In this document: piece by piece, positions 10,433 to 20,700 of the stretch | How the letters are laid out: every line of letters starts with the position of its first letter | Numbering within the stretch: the stretch's first letter is position 1 | Source of the DNA: an uncultured Chloroflexia bacterium | Lineage (GTDB): Bacteria; Chloroflexota; Limnocylindria; Limnocylindrales; CSP1-4 | Direction of reading: 5' to 3' | Length of the DNA stretch: 64,000 bases | Assembly: GCA_963782715.1 (NCBI GenBank) | Contig: CAWAKU010000022.1 | Location: 22,439-86,438, forward strand | The notes under the pieces: model-generated | What the model saw: only the letters and a program-made list of their open reading frames with translations | The model's database searches: none | What the model was told of the DNA's origin: nothing | Program-made: the position numbers and the translations under genes

Positions 10433-12448
10433 GTGGAACCCCCTGCCGATGACGGTGCCGGCCCCGCCACGCGACCGCCGCCCGCCATCGCGATGGGGCT
10501 GGTCACGTTCCTGATCATCGTCGTCGGCGCGATCGTCGCCTGGCTCGTCCCGGCCGCATCGATCGTCCTGGTCTGGCCGATCCTGTTCTTCGTCCCGGGC
10601 TGGGTCGTCATCCGCCGGGTGGTCCCGGACCTGCCGATGCCGGGTGCGGTCGGCGCGGCGATCGTCACCAGCGTCTACGTCTCGGCCCACCTCGTGAACG
10701 TGGTCGCTCGGCTCACCGGGTTCGGGCGCGAGGCGATCATCCTGAGCGCGGTCCTGCTCGTGATGGCGTCGATCGTCCTCGCGACCCTCCAGCATCGATG
10801 GCTTGCCCCGCTGCCACGGCCGACGGTGTCGGGCATCTGGCGCGCGCTGCGCTCGGACGCGCCGGCCTGGATCGTCGCAGCGGCCGCCGGACTCGCGGTC
10901 GCGGCCGTTCTCTTCAGCAACGGCTGGCACGAGACCCCGGACGGCTGGGTGGCGGGCGGCTGGAACTGGAGCGACCTGCTCGTCCACGTCTCGATCGGCT
11001 CGAGCATCGCCGCCGGCAACTTCCCGCCCGAGGTCCCCTACTTCGCCGGCGTCCCGCTGACCTACCACTGGTTCGCCGACTTCGACGGCGCCATCACCTC
11101 GACGGTCGCGAACGTCGACCTCATCGGCGTCTACTTCGCGACGAGCGCGCTGTTCGCGGCCGTCCTTGCGCTCGTCGTCTGGGCGCTCGCGGTGCGCCTG
11201 ACGGGTGGGCGCCGGCTGGCCACCATCGCCGCGATCCTCGTCTGCTTCGGTGGCGGGCTCGGCTGGATCCGACTGGTCGGCGATGTGATCGCGGGCGACG
11301 GGACGCCACTCGCCCTCGTCAGCCGGCTGTCGTACGACAACACCTGGGCGGACGGCTGGCCGTTCTTCAAGATCGCCTCGATCTTCGGGACGGGGTTCCT
11401 GCCCCACCGGGCGACGACGCTCGGGCTGCCCGGGCTGGTGACGGTCATCCTGCTGGTGGTCGGCTGCCTGGGTCGCCGGCCGCTGGGTGTGCTTCTGGCG
11501 GGCATCCTGGCCGCGCTGCTTGCGCCATTCCAGTTCTTCGCCTTCCCGGCGACGTACCTGATCGTCGGGCTGTACGTGGTCACGAGCGGCGGCTGGCGCG
11601 CCCGGACCGTCTGGCGTGACGCCGTCCTGTTCCTGGCGCCGGTCATCCTCGCCGCGCCGTTCATCGCGGGCGCCATCACGCAGCAGAGCGACATCGGGGC
11701 GTTCCGCTTCGTCCTGGGCTGGAGCGAGGCGCGCATCGGCGACGGGCCGGCCGCGGTCGCGTTCTTCTATGCGACCAACCTGGGCATCCCGGTCCTGCTG
11801 GCGGTCATCGCGGCATTCAGCGCGCGTGACCTGCCCGGACGCTGGTTCCTCGTGTCGTGGATGGTCGCGCTGTTCATCGTCCCCAACGTCATCGTCGTCA
11901 GCGCCGTCGAGTTCGACATGAACAAGTACTTCCAGATCATGTGGATCGCGGTTGCGATGCTGGCGGGATGGCTCCTCGCACGCTGGCGGACGTGGGCGGT
12001 CGTCGGCGTCCTGCTCGTGTGTGCCCTGTCGCCGGTGCTCATCGCGACCTGGCACATGCGCTCGCACGACGTCGCGCTCAGCCTGCCCCAGGAGACGGCC
12101 GCCCGCTGGATCGCCGCGAACACGCCGCAGCGCTCGATCTTCGTGACCGACGACTTCATCAACAGCCCGGTCGACCTGGCCGGCCGCCTGCGCATCTCGA
12201 CCTTCGGACCGTACGTCTCGAACCTCGGCTACGACCCTGCGCCGCGGGCGACCGACACGAAGGCGATCTACTGCGACGGGCCGGAGGTCGCGGCGGCGCG
12301 GATGGCCGTCTACGGAGCGACCTACGTCCTGTCGAGCGGCGGTGCGCCGTGCGACGGCGCCGCGATCACCGACTTCGGTTCCAGCCCGCTGTTCGAGACG
12401 GTGTACGACGAGGACGGGGTCACGGTCTGGCGGCTGGCCGGCTCCTGA
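10433..12448 (+). CDS. Large polytopic membrane protein, probable GT-C glycosyltransferase
   Basis: Many TM segments; WSDLLVH...NFPPEVPYFAG.PLTYHW loop; C-terminal extracellular domain. Start is uncertain. Confidence 0.7.
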   Translation: MEPPADDGAGPATRPPPAIAMGLVTFLIIVVGAIVAWLVPAASIVLVWPILFFVPGWVVIRRVVPDLPMPGAVGAAIVTSVYVSAHLVNVVARLTGFGREAIILSAVLLVMASIVLATLQHRWLAPLPRPTVSGIWRALRSDAPAWIVAAAAGLAVAAVLFSNGWHETPDGWVAGGWNWSDLLVHVSIGSSIAAGNFPPEVPYFAGVPLTYHWFADFDGAITSTVANVDLIGVYFATSALFAAVLALVVWALAVRLTGGRRLATIAAILVCFGGGLGWIRLVGDVIAGDGTPLALVSRLSYDNTWADGWPFFKIASIFGTGFLPHRATTLGLPGLVTVILLVVGCLGRRPLGVLLAGILAALLAPFQFFAFPATYLIVGLYVVTSGGWRARTVWRDAVLFLAPVILAAPFIAGAITQQSDIGAFRFVLGWSEARIGDGPAAVAFFYATNLGIPVLLAVIAAFSARDLPGRWFLVSWMVALFIVPNVIVVSAVEFDMNKYFQIMWIAVAMLAGWLLARWRTWAVVGVLLVCALSPVLIATWHMRSHDVALSLPQETAARWIAANTPQRSIFVTDDFINSPVDLAGRLRISTFGPYVSNLGYDPAPRATDTKAIYCDGPEVAAARMAVYGATYVLSSGGAPCDGAAITDFGSSPLFETVYDEDGVTVWRLAGS

Positions 12449-12736
12449 GAGGGCGAGTGTCGGCGAGCCGACACACTACGGACCGTTGCAAATGCGAGGG
12501 CGGGGCGCAGCGGCCGAACTCGGGCGCTGGCGCCGCCGGCTCGGCACAACGTGCCTGGGCAGACCGTTATGGCCGAAGGAATGGCCATCGACGTCCGAAT
12601 CGATGCGCTTTGGATCCGATCCACGCTCAGCCTGACACGACCGAGGCGTCAGATACCTCTGCGACCGGCCATTGCGGTCTCCCGGCGCACGTTCTGCCAC
12701 CAGGTCCGCGCCTTCGGGTCGCGCCCGGCCGCGCCG

Positions 12737-13183
12737 CTAGCCCTTGGGTTCGACGATGATCGTGACCTCGGGGGTCATGCCGCTGAAGACCTTGATGGCG
12801 ACCTTGTAGGTGCCGAGCGTCTTGAGCGGCTCGTCGAGCTCGATCTTGTGGCGGTCGACATCGATGCCGCGCCGGGCCAGAGCGTCGGCGATGTCCTTCG
12901 ACGTGATGGAGCCGTAGAGCTTGCCGCCCTCGCCGACCTTCACGCCCATCGTCAGGGTCGTGCTGGCGATCCGGGTCGCGGCGATCTCAGCGTCCTCGCG
13001 CTCGCGCTTGCGCTTGTCTTCCCGGCTGGCGATGTCGTGCTGCCAGGCGCGGTACGCCCCGCCGGCGGCCGGCACGGCCAGCTTCTGCGGGATGAGGAAG
13101 TTGGTGGCAAAGCCGTCCGCGACCTGCTTCATCTCGCCGCTCTTGCCGACCTTGTCCACGTCCTTCGTGAGAATGACCTTCAC
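12737..13183 (-). CDS. rplI: 50S ribosomal protein L9
   Basis: MKVILTKDV...GFATNFLIPQ...KLYGSITSKDIA. Confidence 0.97.
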   Translation of the reverse strand: MKVILTKDVDKVGKSGEMKQVADGFATNFLIPQKLAVPAAGGAYRAWQHDIASREDKRKREREDAEIAATRIASTTLTMGVKVGEGGKLYGSITSKDIADALARRGIDVDRHKIELDEPLKTLGTYKVAIKVFSGMTPEVTIIVEPKG

Positions 13184-13692
13184 GCGCTGCGATCCTCCCT
13201 GTTGATCCAGGCCCGCGTCCGGGGCCCGAGACCGAGTGTCTTCATGGCGTCGCCGATGTCCCCGATGAGCACGGGGACCCGGCGGATGGTCCGCCGGACC
13301 GGGCCCGGCGTCAAGCGTCGCACCTGGGCGACATCGCGATCGAATTCGGCGCGTTCGATCCCGAGCTCGGCCAGCTTCTCATCGAGCAGGTCGTCGGGCA
13401 CGCCATCGAGGAAGAATTCCGCGGCAAGGACGACGACGACGAGGTCGTCGAGCCCACCGATGATCGGGATGTCATCCGGGATCAGGTCGCGGCCCAGAAC
13501 GAGATAGCCGGCGGCGCCGGCCAGCAGGGCCTTGCGCCCGGCCGGCATCCGGTCGTCCATGACCAGCGACGTGATGAGCCTGGTGTACATCGGGACGCGG
13601 CTGGCGATCGGCAGGAATGCGACCAGCGACAGGGCGCGACCGAAGCCGGCGCCACCACGTGATCGCTTGCTGCTTTTCGAGTTGCGGGCCAT
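13180..13692 (-). CDS. YkvA/DUF1232 family protein
   Basis: YLVLGRDLIPDDIPIIGGLDD motif. Confidence 0.85.
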   Translation of the reverse strand: MARNSKSSKRSRGGAGFGRALSLVAFLPIASRVPMYTRLITSLVMDDRMPAGRKALLAGAAGYLVLGRDLIPDDIPIIGGLDDLVVVVLAAEFFLDGVPDDLLDEKLAELGIERAEFDRDVAQVRRLTPGPVRRTIRRVPVLIGDIGDAMKTLGLGPRTRAWINREDRSA

Positions 13693-13806
13693 GCCCTCGC
13701 CTTCGCCACATCCATCGCCGCGACGAGGCCGCCGAGGCTGCAGGAGTCTACCCCGGCGTGCACGGGGCTGCATCCGACCACGCTCGACGGCTTGGGTTCC
13801 GGGTCG

Positions 13807-14817
13807 TCAGCCAAGGACCCGGCGGACGCGCTTCATGACGCCGGTGATCGGCAGGCGTTCGAGGTGGTACTCGCGGTAGTCGACCGGCTCGGCACCGAAC
13901 CGCGTCTTGAACTGGGCCAGCGACGACGACCCGCCGGTATCGCCCATGTGGTAGACCGTCGCACCGGCCGCGCAGGCCGCCTCGATGGCCAGCTTGTGCA
14001 GGAGGTAGTTGGCCCGGGTCGGCCCGGCGAGCTCCTCGTCCATCGCGCCTCGCCAGTACGAGGCGGCGCCGCGCTGCGAGAGCACGACGATGGCCGCGAC
14101 CGGCACGTCCCCGGACCGTGCCAGCCAGATGGCGAAGCCGTCGCCCAGGGCTCGCGCCGCGGCCTGGAACTTGCCGATCCGCTCGCGCCGACGGTCGGTG
14201 TACCAGCGCGTCATGACGGCTCGGCGGCGCTTGTCACCCCACCGGATCCAGGACTGCTCGTACAAGCCGAAGAACGCCGCCATCGCGTCGTCGCTCCGGG
14301 ACGTCTCGACGGTCAGGTCGGACTTCTCCGCGCGCCGGACATTGGTCCGGGCCGTCCCGGTGAAACGCTCCGTCCAGACCCGCTCGAACGGTCCGTCGAG
14401 CGCCAGGACATGCGCCGTCCGGCCGACCGAGGGCGTCCCGGCGGGCATGGCCGCCGCCCAGGCGCTCGCGGCCAGCGGGTTCGGCCGCAGCGAGACCCGG
14501 GTCAGGCCGACCGTGGCGAGGTCGCTGACGACCATCCGGACGTCCGACTCGGTCACCCGGCCGCCGGCCAGCACGCCCCCGAAACCCCAGCCGTAGGGCA
14601 GCGAAGCCGCCACGCCGGCCGGCCCGACGAGCCCACCCGCCCGCACGAGCGGGACCACGACCCGCCGCCCGTCGCGCTCGTAGATGCGGCTGATGTCGCG
14701 TCCGCCCGAATCCTCGGCGACGGCCTCGATCCACTCGCGCCGGTGGAAGGCGAGTCCCTCGTCGCTGGCATCGACGACGGCGTTCCAGGCGTCCGCCGGG
14801 ACGTCCGTCCCGGTCAT
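13807..14817 (-). CDS. GNAT-fold CelD/BcsL/FemAB-like acyltransferase
   Basis: SLPYGWGFGG, RTNVRRAEK, ANYLLH, SLAQFKTRFGA. Confidence 0.85.
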   Translation of the reverse strand: MTGTDVPADAWNAVVDASDEGLAFHRREWIEAVAEDSGGRDISRIYERDGRRVVVPLVRAGGLVGPAGVAASLPYGWGFGGVLAGGRVTESDVRMVVSDLATVGLTRVSLRPNPLAASAWAAAMPAGTPSVGRTAHVLALDGPFERVWTERFTGTARTNVRRAEKSDLTVETSRSDDAMAAFFGLYEQSWIRWGDKRRRAVMTRWYTDRRRERIGKFQAAARALGDGFAIWLARSGDVPVAAIVVLSQRGAASYWRGAMDEELAGPTRANYLLHKLAIEAACAAGATVYHMGDTGGSSSLAQFKTRFGAEPVDYREYHLERLPITGVMKRVRRVLG

Positions 14818-15614
14818 GCCGAGCCCAGCAGCACCGGCCAGACGAACGCCATCCCGATGAGCGCGAGGCTGTGACTCGCGGTCGCGCCCCACAGCGAGCC
14901 GCCACGCAGGATGGTCGCACCGAGCACCAGGCCGAAGCCTCCGATCACGACCGTGTAGGCGACCGAGCCCGAGCCGAGGTACATGGCTGCGCTCATGACC
15001 GTGGCGTACAGCAGCGCCGTGCGCTGGCTGTCGAGGCTCTCGACGGCCACGACCAGCAGCAGGCCGCGGAACAGCAGCTCCTCGGCGAAGGCGCCGAAGA
15101 TGACGAGCCCCACGATGCCCGCGATCGACTGGGCGATGCCGGCATCCGGCATGAGCTGTCCGGGTCGCAGCAGGGCGTAGCCGACCAGCCCGACCGGGAT
15201 CCCGAGCGCGGCGATGGCGAGGTCGAGGCCGGGTCGGCGGATGACCAGGTTCAGGCGCGCCCACGGTTCGTCGACGAGGCGGACGGTCAGGTACTCGCCG
15301 ATGAGCAGCGCACCACCGACCGTGATGTACCAGGTCACCATCGGCAGTCGCGGGACCACTGCGGCGATGCTCAGGACGCGGAGCATCGCGATGAGCGCGA
15401 GCACCGGCAGGAGCCGGCGCTGCGGCGTCCGCTCGAACCAGACGAAATGGCCGAGCAGGATGGGCACGAGCGCGGCGTCGATCAACGCACCGCCGATCAC
15501 CCAGCCGAATGCACCCAGCACCTCGGCGACGACGATGGCCGAGCTGTAGACGAGGATCACCCCGGTCAGCGGCAGCGTGGACACGGGGACCATGGTGCGG
15601 GACGCCTGCGTCAT
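14814..15614 (-). CDS. CPBP (Abi/CAAX) family membrane protein with degenerate motifs
   Basis: EELLFRG and GSLWGATASH motifs. Confidence 0.8.
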   Translation of the reverse strand: MTQASRTMVPVSTLPLTGVILVYSSAIVVAEVLGAFGWVIGGALIDAALVPILLGHFVWFERTPQRRLLPVLALIAMLRVLSIAAVVPRLPMVTWYITVGGALLIGEYLTVRLVDEPWARLNLVIRRPGLDLAIAALGIPVGLVGYALLRPGQLMPDAGIAQSIAGIVGLVIFGAFAEELLFRGLLLVVAVESLDSQRTALLYATVMSAAMYLGSGSVAYTVVIGGFGLVLGATILRGGSLWGATASHSLALIGMAFVWPVLLGSA

Positions 15615-15636
15615 CGCGCCGGCCGTGAGCGCGCGA

Positions 15637-15885
15637 TCACACCACCAACTCGACAAGCCGGGCGGAGACGATGATGAAGAAGACGAACAGGAGCGGGATG
15701 AGCGCGACATCGAACGCCCACTCCCAGGCCTCGGCCCGCTCGCCGCGGATGATGTGGGTCACCTCGCGCTGGAACAGCAGGATCAGCAGGGCGAGGACCA
15801 CCCCGATCCCGACGGTCGTCGACAGCGCGTCATACGACGAGGATGTGAGGACGGCGGTCGTCGCGGCCGTGACCATCGAGGTCAT
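15637..15885 (-). CDS. Small two-TM membrane protein
   Basis: 82 aa; ATGA overlap with the upstream gene; two hydrophobic helices. Confidence 0.7.
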   Translation of the reverse strand: MTSMVTAATTAVLTSSSYDALSTTVGIGVVLALLILLFQREVTHIIRGERAEAWEWAFDVALIPLLFVFFIIVSARLVELVV

Positions 15886-17723
15886 GGCGTCTTCACCGCC
15901 GCGAGCTGATCGGCCAGGACCAGGATCTCCGAATCCGCGTTCTTGTAGATGACCTTGAACGCCGGCGATGTCGTGGCGTCGGCGACGAACTTGTCCCACG
16001 CCCCGGACGGCAGCCCGGTGAAGACCTCGGCGTACGTCCCCTGGCTCCTCGTCAGGATGAGGTAGGAATGGGCGTACTTCGGGTCGCGCATGATCGAGGC
16101 GATGGCGTTGACATCGCCGATGAGGACCTCGTCCACCACCGGGACGTAGTCGTACTGCTCGACCTTCTCGAACTTCCAGGGCAGGTTGTTCGATGCCGCG
16201 ACGAGCAGTGAGCCCTCCGGCGCGATGCGGTACAGCTCCTGGACCGCGGCCACCTCGGAGGCGGTCATCAGGTCGGTGCGTTCGTTGCCATAGCGCACGA
16301 CCAGGAACGTGAAGGCGATACCGCTGGCGAACACGACCGCGATGACCGTCAGCAGCACCGACGGCGGCGACGGCCGGCGACCATAGACGATGCCGGCGAC
16401 CAGGATCGACACGAACGGCAGGCTGAACAGGTAGAGCCGGAGGACGAGCTCGCCGCCGTAGCCCTGCAACGCGAACAGCGGCACGGGCGCGATCGCCAGC
16501 AGGACCATCGTCAGGTCGCGCCGACCATCCCGGAACCGCATCAGGGCACCGATGCCGGCCAATCCCCACAGGGCGACCGTGAAGACCAGGCGGAGGGTCA
16601 CGACGGCCTGGTGTTCGGTGCTTCCGGCGATCCGGTCGGTGACGTTCTGGGTGAGCGTGTCGCTGACGCTGCCGATCTCCTTGATCATCGAGACCACGTG
16701 GCCTTCGAGGAACGGGACGGTCATATAGCTGACCCAGGCCACGGCCATCACGCCGAACAGGATGGGGATGCTGCGCAGGGTGATCCGGTTGAAGACAAGG
16801 AGGGCGACCAGGGCGGCCGTCGCGAAGAACGGCGTCAGCTGGTGACTCAGCGAGACGAACGCGAACAGGACCACGAGCACACTGATCATCGCCACCTGCT
16901 GACGGCGGCTGAGACCCTCGCCCTCCGGCGTCGCGGGGTTGTCCGGGGTCAGTGCCGCATAGGCCCAGCCCATCACGCGGCCGCCTCGGTGGAGCGCGCT
17001 GAGCCCGTCATAGATCGCGTCGGAGCGTGGGCGTCGGACGAGGAACCAGGTGATGACGATGGCGATGATCACGAGGTACAGGAAGTACGCGAGGGCCTGC
17101 GGCGCGAAGTAATCCTGGCCGATCCAGTTGGTGATCTGGAACAGCCAGAGCGACGCCCAGACGAGCCGGATGTCACCGGTCAATCCGCGGGCGATGACCG
17201 CCAGCGGCAGGATGAACAGCAGGTTGAAGTAGACCGGCGCCCATTCGGCCAGGGCGGTGAGCGTCCCGACCCCGGCCATCGAGCCGACGAACGCCGCCGC
17301 CGCGAAGAAGCCGGGCCAGTTGAACCGGGCCTCGAGGGTCGGCGCGGTCGTACCCGTCCGGGCGATGTATTCGGCGAAGCCAAGGTGGGCCCAGGTCACC
17401 GACGTCCGGGCGACCTGCTCCACGATCGGCGGGAAGGCATACAGGACGATGACGAGCGCAAGCAGGTGGGCGGCCATCACCCGCCCATCGACCGGCGTGC
17501 TGCGCAGCCTGAAGCCGGCACTCGCGGTGAGGATGGCGATCGCGATGAAGACGTGCGGCGGCATCACCGAGACGAGCCCGAGATCGTTCATCCGGCCGAC
17601 GTCGATCAACGTCAGGCCGACGGCCCAGATCACGAGGGCGGCGATGACCGGAACGACCGGGGCGATGGAGACGCGCGGCAGCCGCACCTCCCGCGAGGCG
17701 ACGCCCTGGTACGGGATGGTCAC
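15882..17723 (-). CDS. Polytopic membrane protein, probable GT-C glycosyltransferase/polymerase
   Basis: WAHLGFAEYI, RFNWPGFF, WIGQDYFAPQ, SHQLTP; more than 12 TM segments. Confidence 0.75.
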   Translation of the reverse strand: MTIPYQGVASREVRLPRVSIAPVVPVIAALVIWAVGLTLIDVGRMNDLGLVSVMPPHVFIAIAILTASAGFRLRSTPVDGRVMAAHLLALVIVLYAFPPIVEQVARTSVTWAHLGFAEYIARTGTTAPTLEARFNWPGFFAAAAFVGSMAGVGTLTALAEWAPVYFNLLFILPLAVIARGLTGDIRLVWASLWLFQITNWIGQDYFAPQALAYFLYLVIIAIVITWFLVRRPRSDAIYDGLSALHRGGRVMGWAYAALTPDNPATPEGEGLSRRQQVAMISVLVVLFAFVSLSHQLTPFFATAALVALLVFNRITLRSIPILFGVMAVAWVSYMTVPFLEGHVVSMIKEIGSVSDTLTQNVTDRIAGSTEHQAVVTLRLVFTVALWGLAGIGALMRFRDGRRDLTMVLLAIAPVPLFALQGYGGELVLRLYLFSLPFVSILVAGIVYGRRPSPPSVLLTVIAVVFASGIAFTFLVVRYGNERTDLMTASEVAAVQELYRIAPEGSLLVAASNNLPWKFEKVEQYDYVPVVDEVLIGDVNAIASIMRDPKYAHSYLILTRSQGTYAEVFTGLPSGAWDKFVADATTSPAFKVIYKNADSEILVLADQLAAVKTP

Positions 17724-20700
17724 GGCGAAGGTGCGGTCGCAGCCGAGTAGTGAGCGGCGATCCTTCCGGCGGAGAGGGCTGATGCGTAGACCGCCACTTC
17801 GTCCACGCTGCCATTGAAGTACTCAGAGTTGCTGGAACCGAGCCGCCCGATGGCCAGGATGTTGGTGCTGGTGTTGACCGTGCCGGTCACCGTCGCGCTG
17901 GCGACCGCGGTGCCGTTGACGTAGAGGGTCAGGGTGGTGCCCGCCTTGGTCAGGACGAGATACGTCCAGGCGGTCGTCGCGGCAGTCGGTGCGGTGGCCA
18001 CGATCTGTGTGTTCCCGACGTAGACCCTGGCCTGCCACTGGTTCGTCGCGACGATGCCCAGCCGATACTGGCCGGCCGCGTTGTTCCTGCCGCCCTTGAA
18101 CACGACGGAACCGGCGGTGCCCGACACGCGCGGTCGGCTTGGCCCACGCCTCGACGCTGAAGTCGCCCAGGGAAGTTGAGGTTGGCAGCACTCGCGACCT
18201 GGACGTACTTGTTGGTCGCGAAGCCGATGGCCGTGTCCGTGTCGGACGCGATCGCGCCCATCTGACCGAGCGTCGGGCTGCCCTTGGTCGTGCCGGCATT
18301 GGTCCCGGTCGAGTCCTTGATCGTCGTCCCGGTTCGCTCGCCGAGTCGCCAGTAGCTGACCGGGCTGTCGGCCAGGACCGCCAGGGTGTAGGCGGACGGT
18401 GGCGGCGCTGTGATGGTGATGTACGCGGTCTTGGTCATGCTGCCCGACCCACCGGCGTTGGAGACGGTCAGCTTGACCGTGTAGGTGCCGGCTGCGGTGT
18501 ACGTGTGGGTCGGCGACTGCACCGCAGACGCCGCCCCGTCACCGAACGTCCACGACCAGGCCGTCGGCGTGTTGGTGGACTGATCGCTGAACGTGACGTT
18601 GACCGGGGCTACGCCCGAGGTGGTGTCCGCGGCGAAGGCCGCGACCGGGGCCGGTGGCGGCGCGCCGAGCGTCTCGTCAAGGTGCCAGTAGCGGTGAGTG
18701 GTGCCGTCGCTGGCGAGGACGACCAGGCCGGTCGTCCCGGTGACATCCTGCTTGGTCGTGGTCAGGTCGTTGATGAACGACGCCGAGCCGTTCTGGAGGA
18801 CGCGCGTCCCGCGACCGGTCCCGAAGACCGGGTTGCTCATGGGTGCCGTCTTCTCGTAGACGGTGCCGGCGTATCCGGAATACGGGCAGCCGGACGCTGT
18901 CGGGCCGACCGCGAACATGTGGACGGTCTGGTGCTCGCTGTCGAGGACGACGAGCGGGCGGGTCTGGCAATCGCCGACGGTCCCGAACGTCGACACCAGC
19001 CAGTCGTTCGTGGTCGGCCGGAAGACCAGGAGCTGCATCAGCGGGTCGGACGGCCCCGTGCCCACGTCGTCGAAGCTCGTCTTGAGGGCAGCCCAGACGC
19101 GCCCGTTGGCGTCGGACTGGACCGACTTCAGGTTGATGTGGTCGTCGGCGACGCCATGACCCTTGATCGCCTGCGAGCCCTTCCAGGTCGCGACGGGCTG
19201 CCCGTCGATATGGACGGCCCAGTACATGGACTCATCCTTCTGGTTGCTCCACATCACACCGATCTTGTTGCCGCCGTAGGCGACGACCGCCGAGATGTCA
19301 TCGGGCGCCGGGTCGGCGCCGGCGACCGGCACGAGGTACGGCGTGTTCCAGGTGGCGTCGTTGCCGACGGTGTTGTTGATGTAGACGGAATTGGTCGCGC
19401 TCGAGCCGCTGCCGCTGACCTGGGTCCATGTCGCCCAGATCGTCCCCGTCGAATCCTTGTCGATGGTCATCGATTCGCTCGACCAGGTCGTGATCGTCGT
19501 CGGGAAGCCGGGGTCGAGCGTCCACGTCTGGGTCGCCGGCGCGTAGCTGAAGCGATAGAACCGCGCCGGGCTGTTCGGCACGGACGCGACCGGGGCGGCA
19601 TCGGTCGACACCGTGACCACGTGGGAGGCGACATAGAGGTGGGATCCGTCCCAGAGGACGTCGGCAAGGGTGATGTCTCGATCGTCGATGAGGGTCCCGG
19701 TATCGACCCAGGTCTCGCTGGGACGGTCGAGCCGGAAGATGTGCCACGTCCCGCTCAGACGATCGAACATGTCCGCCCACCAGGTGCTGCCGGTCACCCA
19801 CAGCTTGCTCTGCGGCTTGTCCGATGTCGGGGGATACGGGGCGCCCGAGTAGGACGGCCCCTGGAAGCCGATGACCGAGTTCTCGTCCGGTGGGGGCCCG
19901 ACCGTGGCCACGATGTAGCCGGTCCTGGTCAGGCTGCCCGGGCCACCGGCGTTGGTGGCGGTCAGGGTCACGTCGTAGGTGCCGGCAGCGGCATAGGTGT
20001 GGCTGGGCGACTGGGTCGTGGCGGTCGTGCCGTCACCGAAGGTCCAGGCCCAGCTGGTCGGGCTGTTGGTCGACTGGTCGGTGAAGTGGACCGCCAGGGG
20101 AGCCTGGCCGGTCGTCACGTCGGCGCTGAAGGCGGCCACCGGGGCCGGTGGCGGCGGGGCGGCGGACACGACGATGTAGCCGGTCCTGGTCAGGCTGCCC
20201 GGGCCACCGGCGTTGGTGGCGGTCAGGGTCACGTCGTAGGTGCCGGCAGCGGCATAGGTGTGGCTGGGCGACTGGGTCGTGGCGGTCGTGCCGTCACCGA
20301 AGGTCCAGGCCCAGCTGGTCGGGCTGTTGGTCGACTGATCGGTGAAGTGGACCGCCAGGGGAGCCTGGCCGGTCGTCACGTCGGCGCTGAAGGCGGCCAC
20401 CGGGGCCGGTGGCGGCGCGGCGGCGGCGGCCGCGAAGTGGGCCGTGACGCGGGCGGCGGCGAGGGCCGCCGGGTAGACCGCGACCTCGTCGATCGAGCCG
20501 TTGAAGTAGTCGGCCGAGCTCGCCCCGGTCCGGCCGATGGCCAGCATCCCGGTGTTCGTGTTCAGCGTGCCGGTCACCGTCGCGCTGGCGACCGCACTGC
20601 CGTTGACGTAGAGGGTCAGGGTCGTGCCGGACTTGGTCAGGACGAGGTAGGTCCAGGCGGTCGTGGCGGCCACCGGGGCGGTCACCGTGATCGCCGACGA

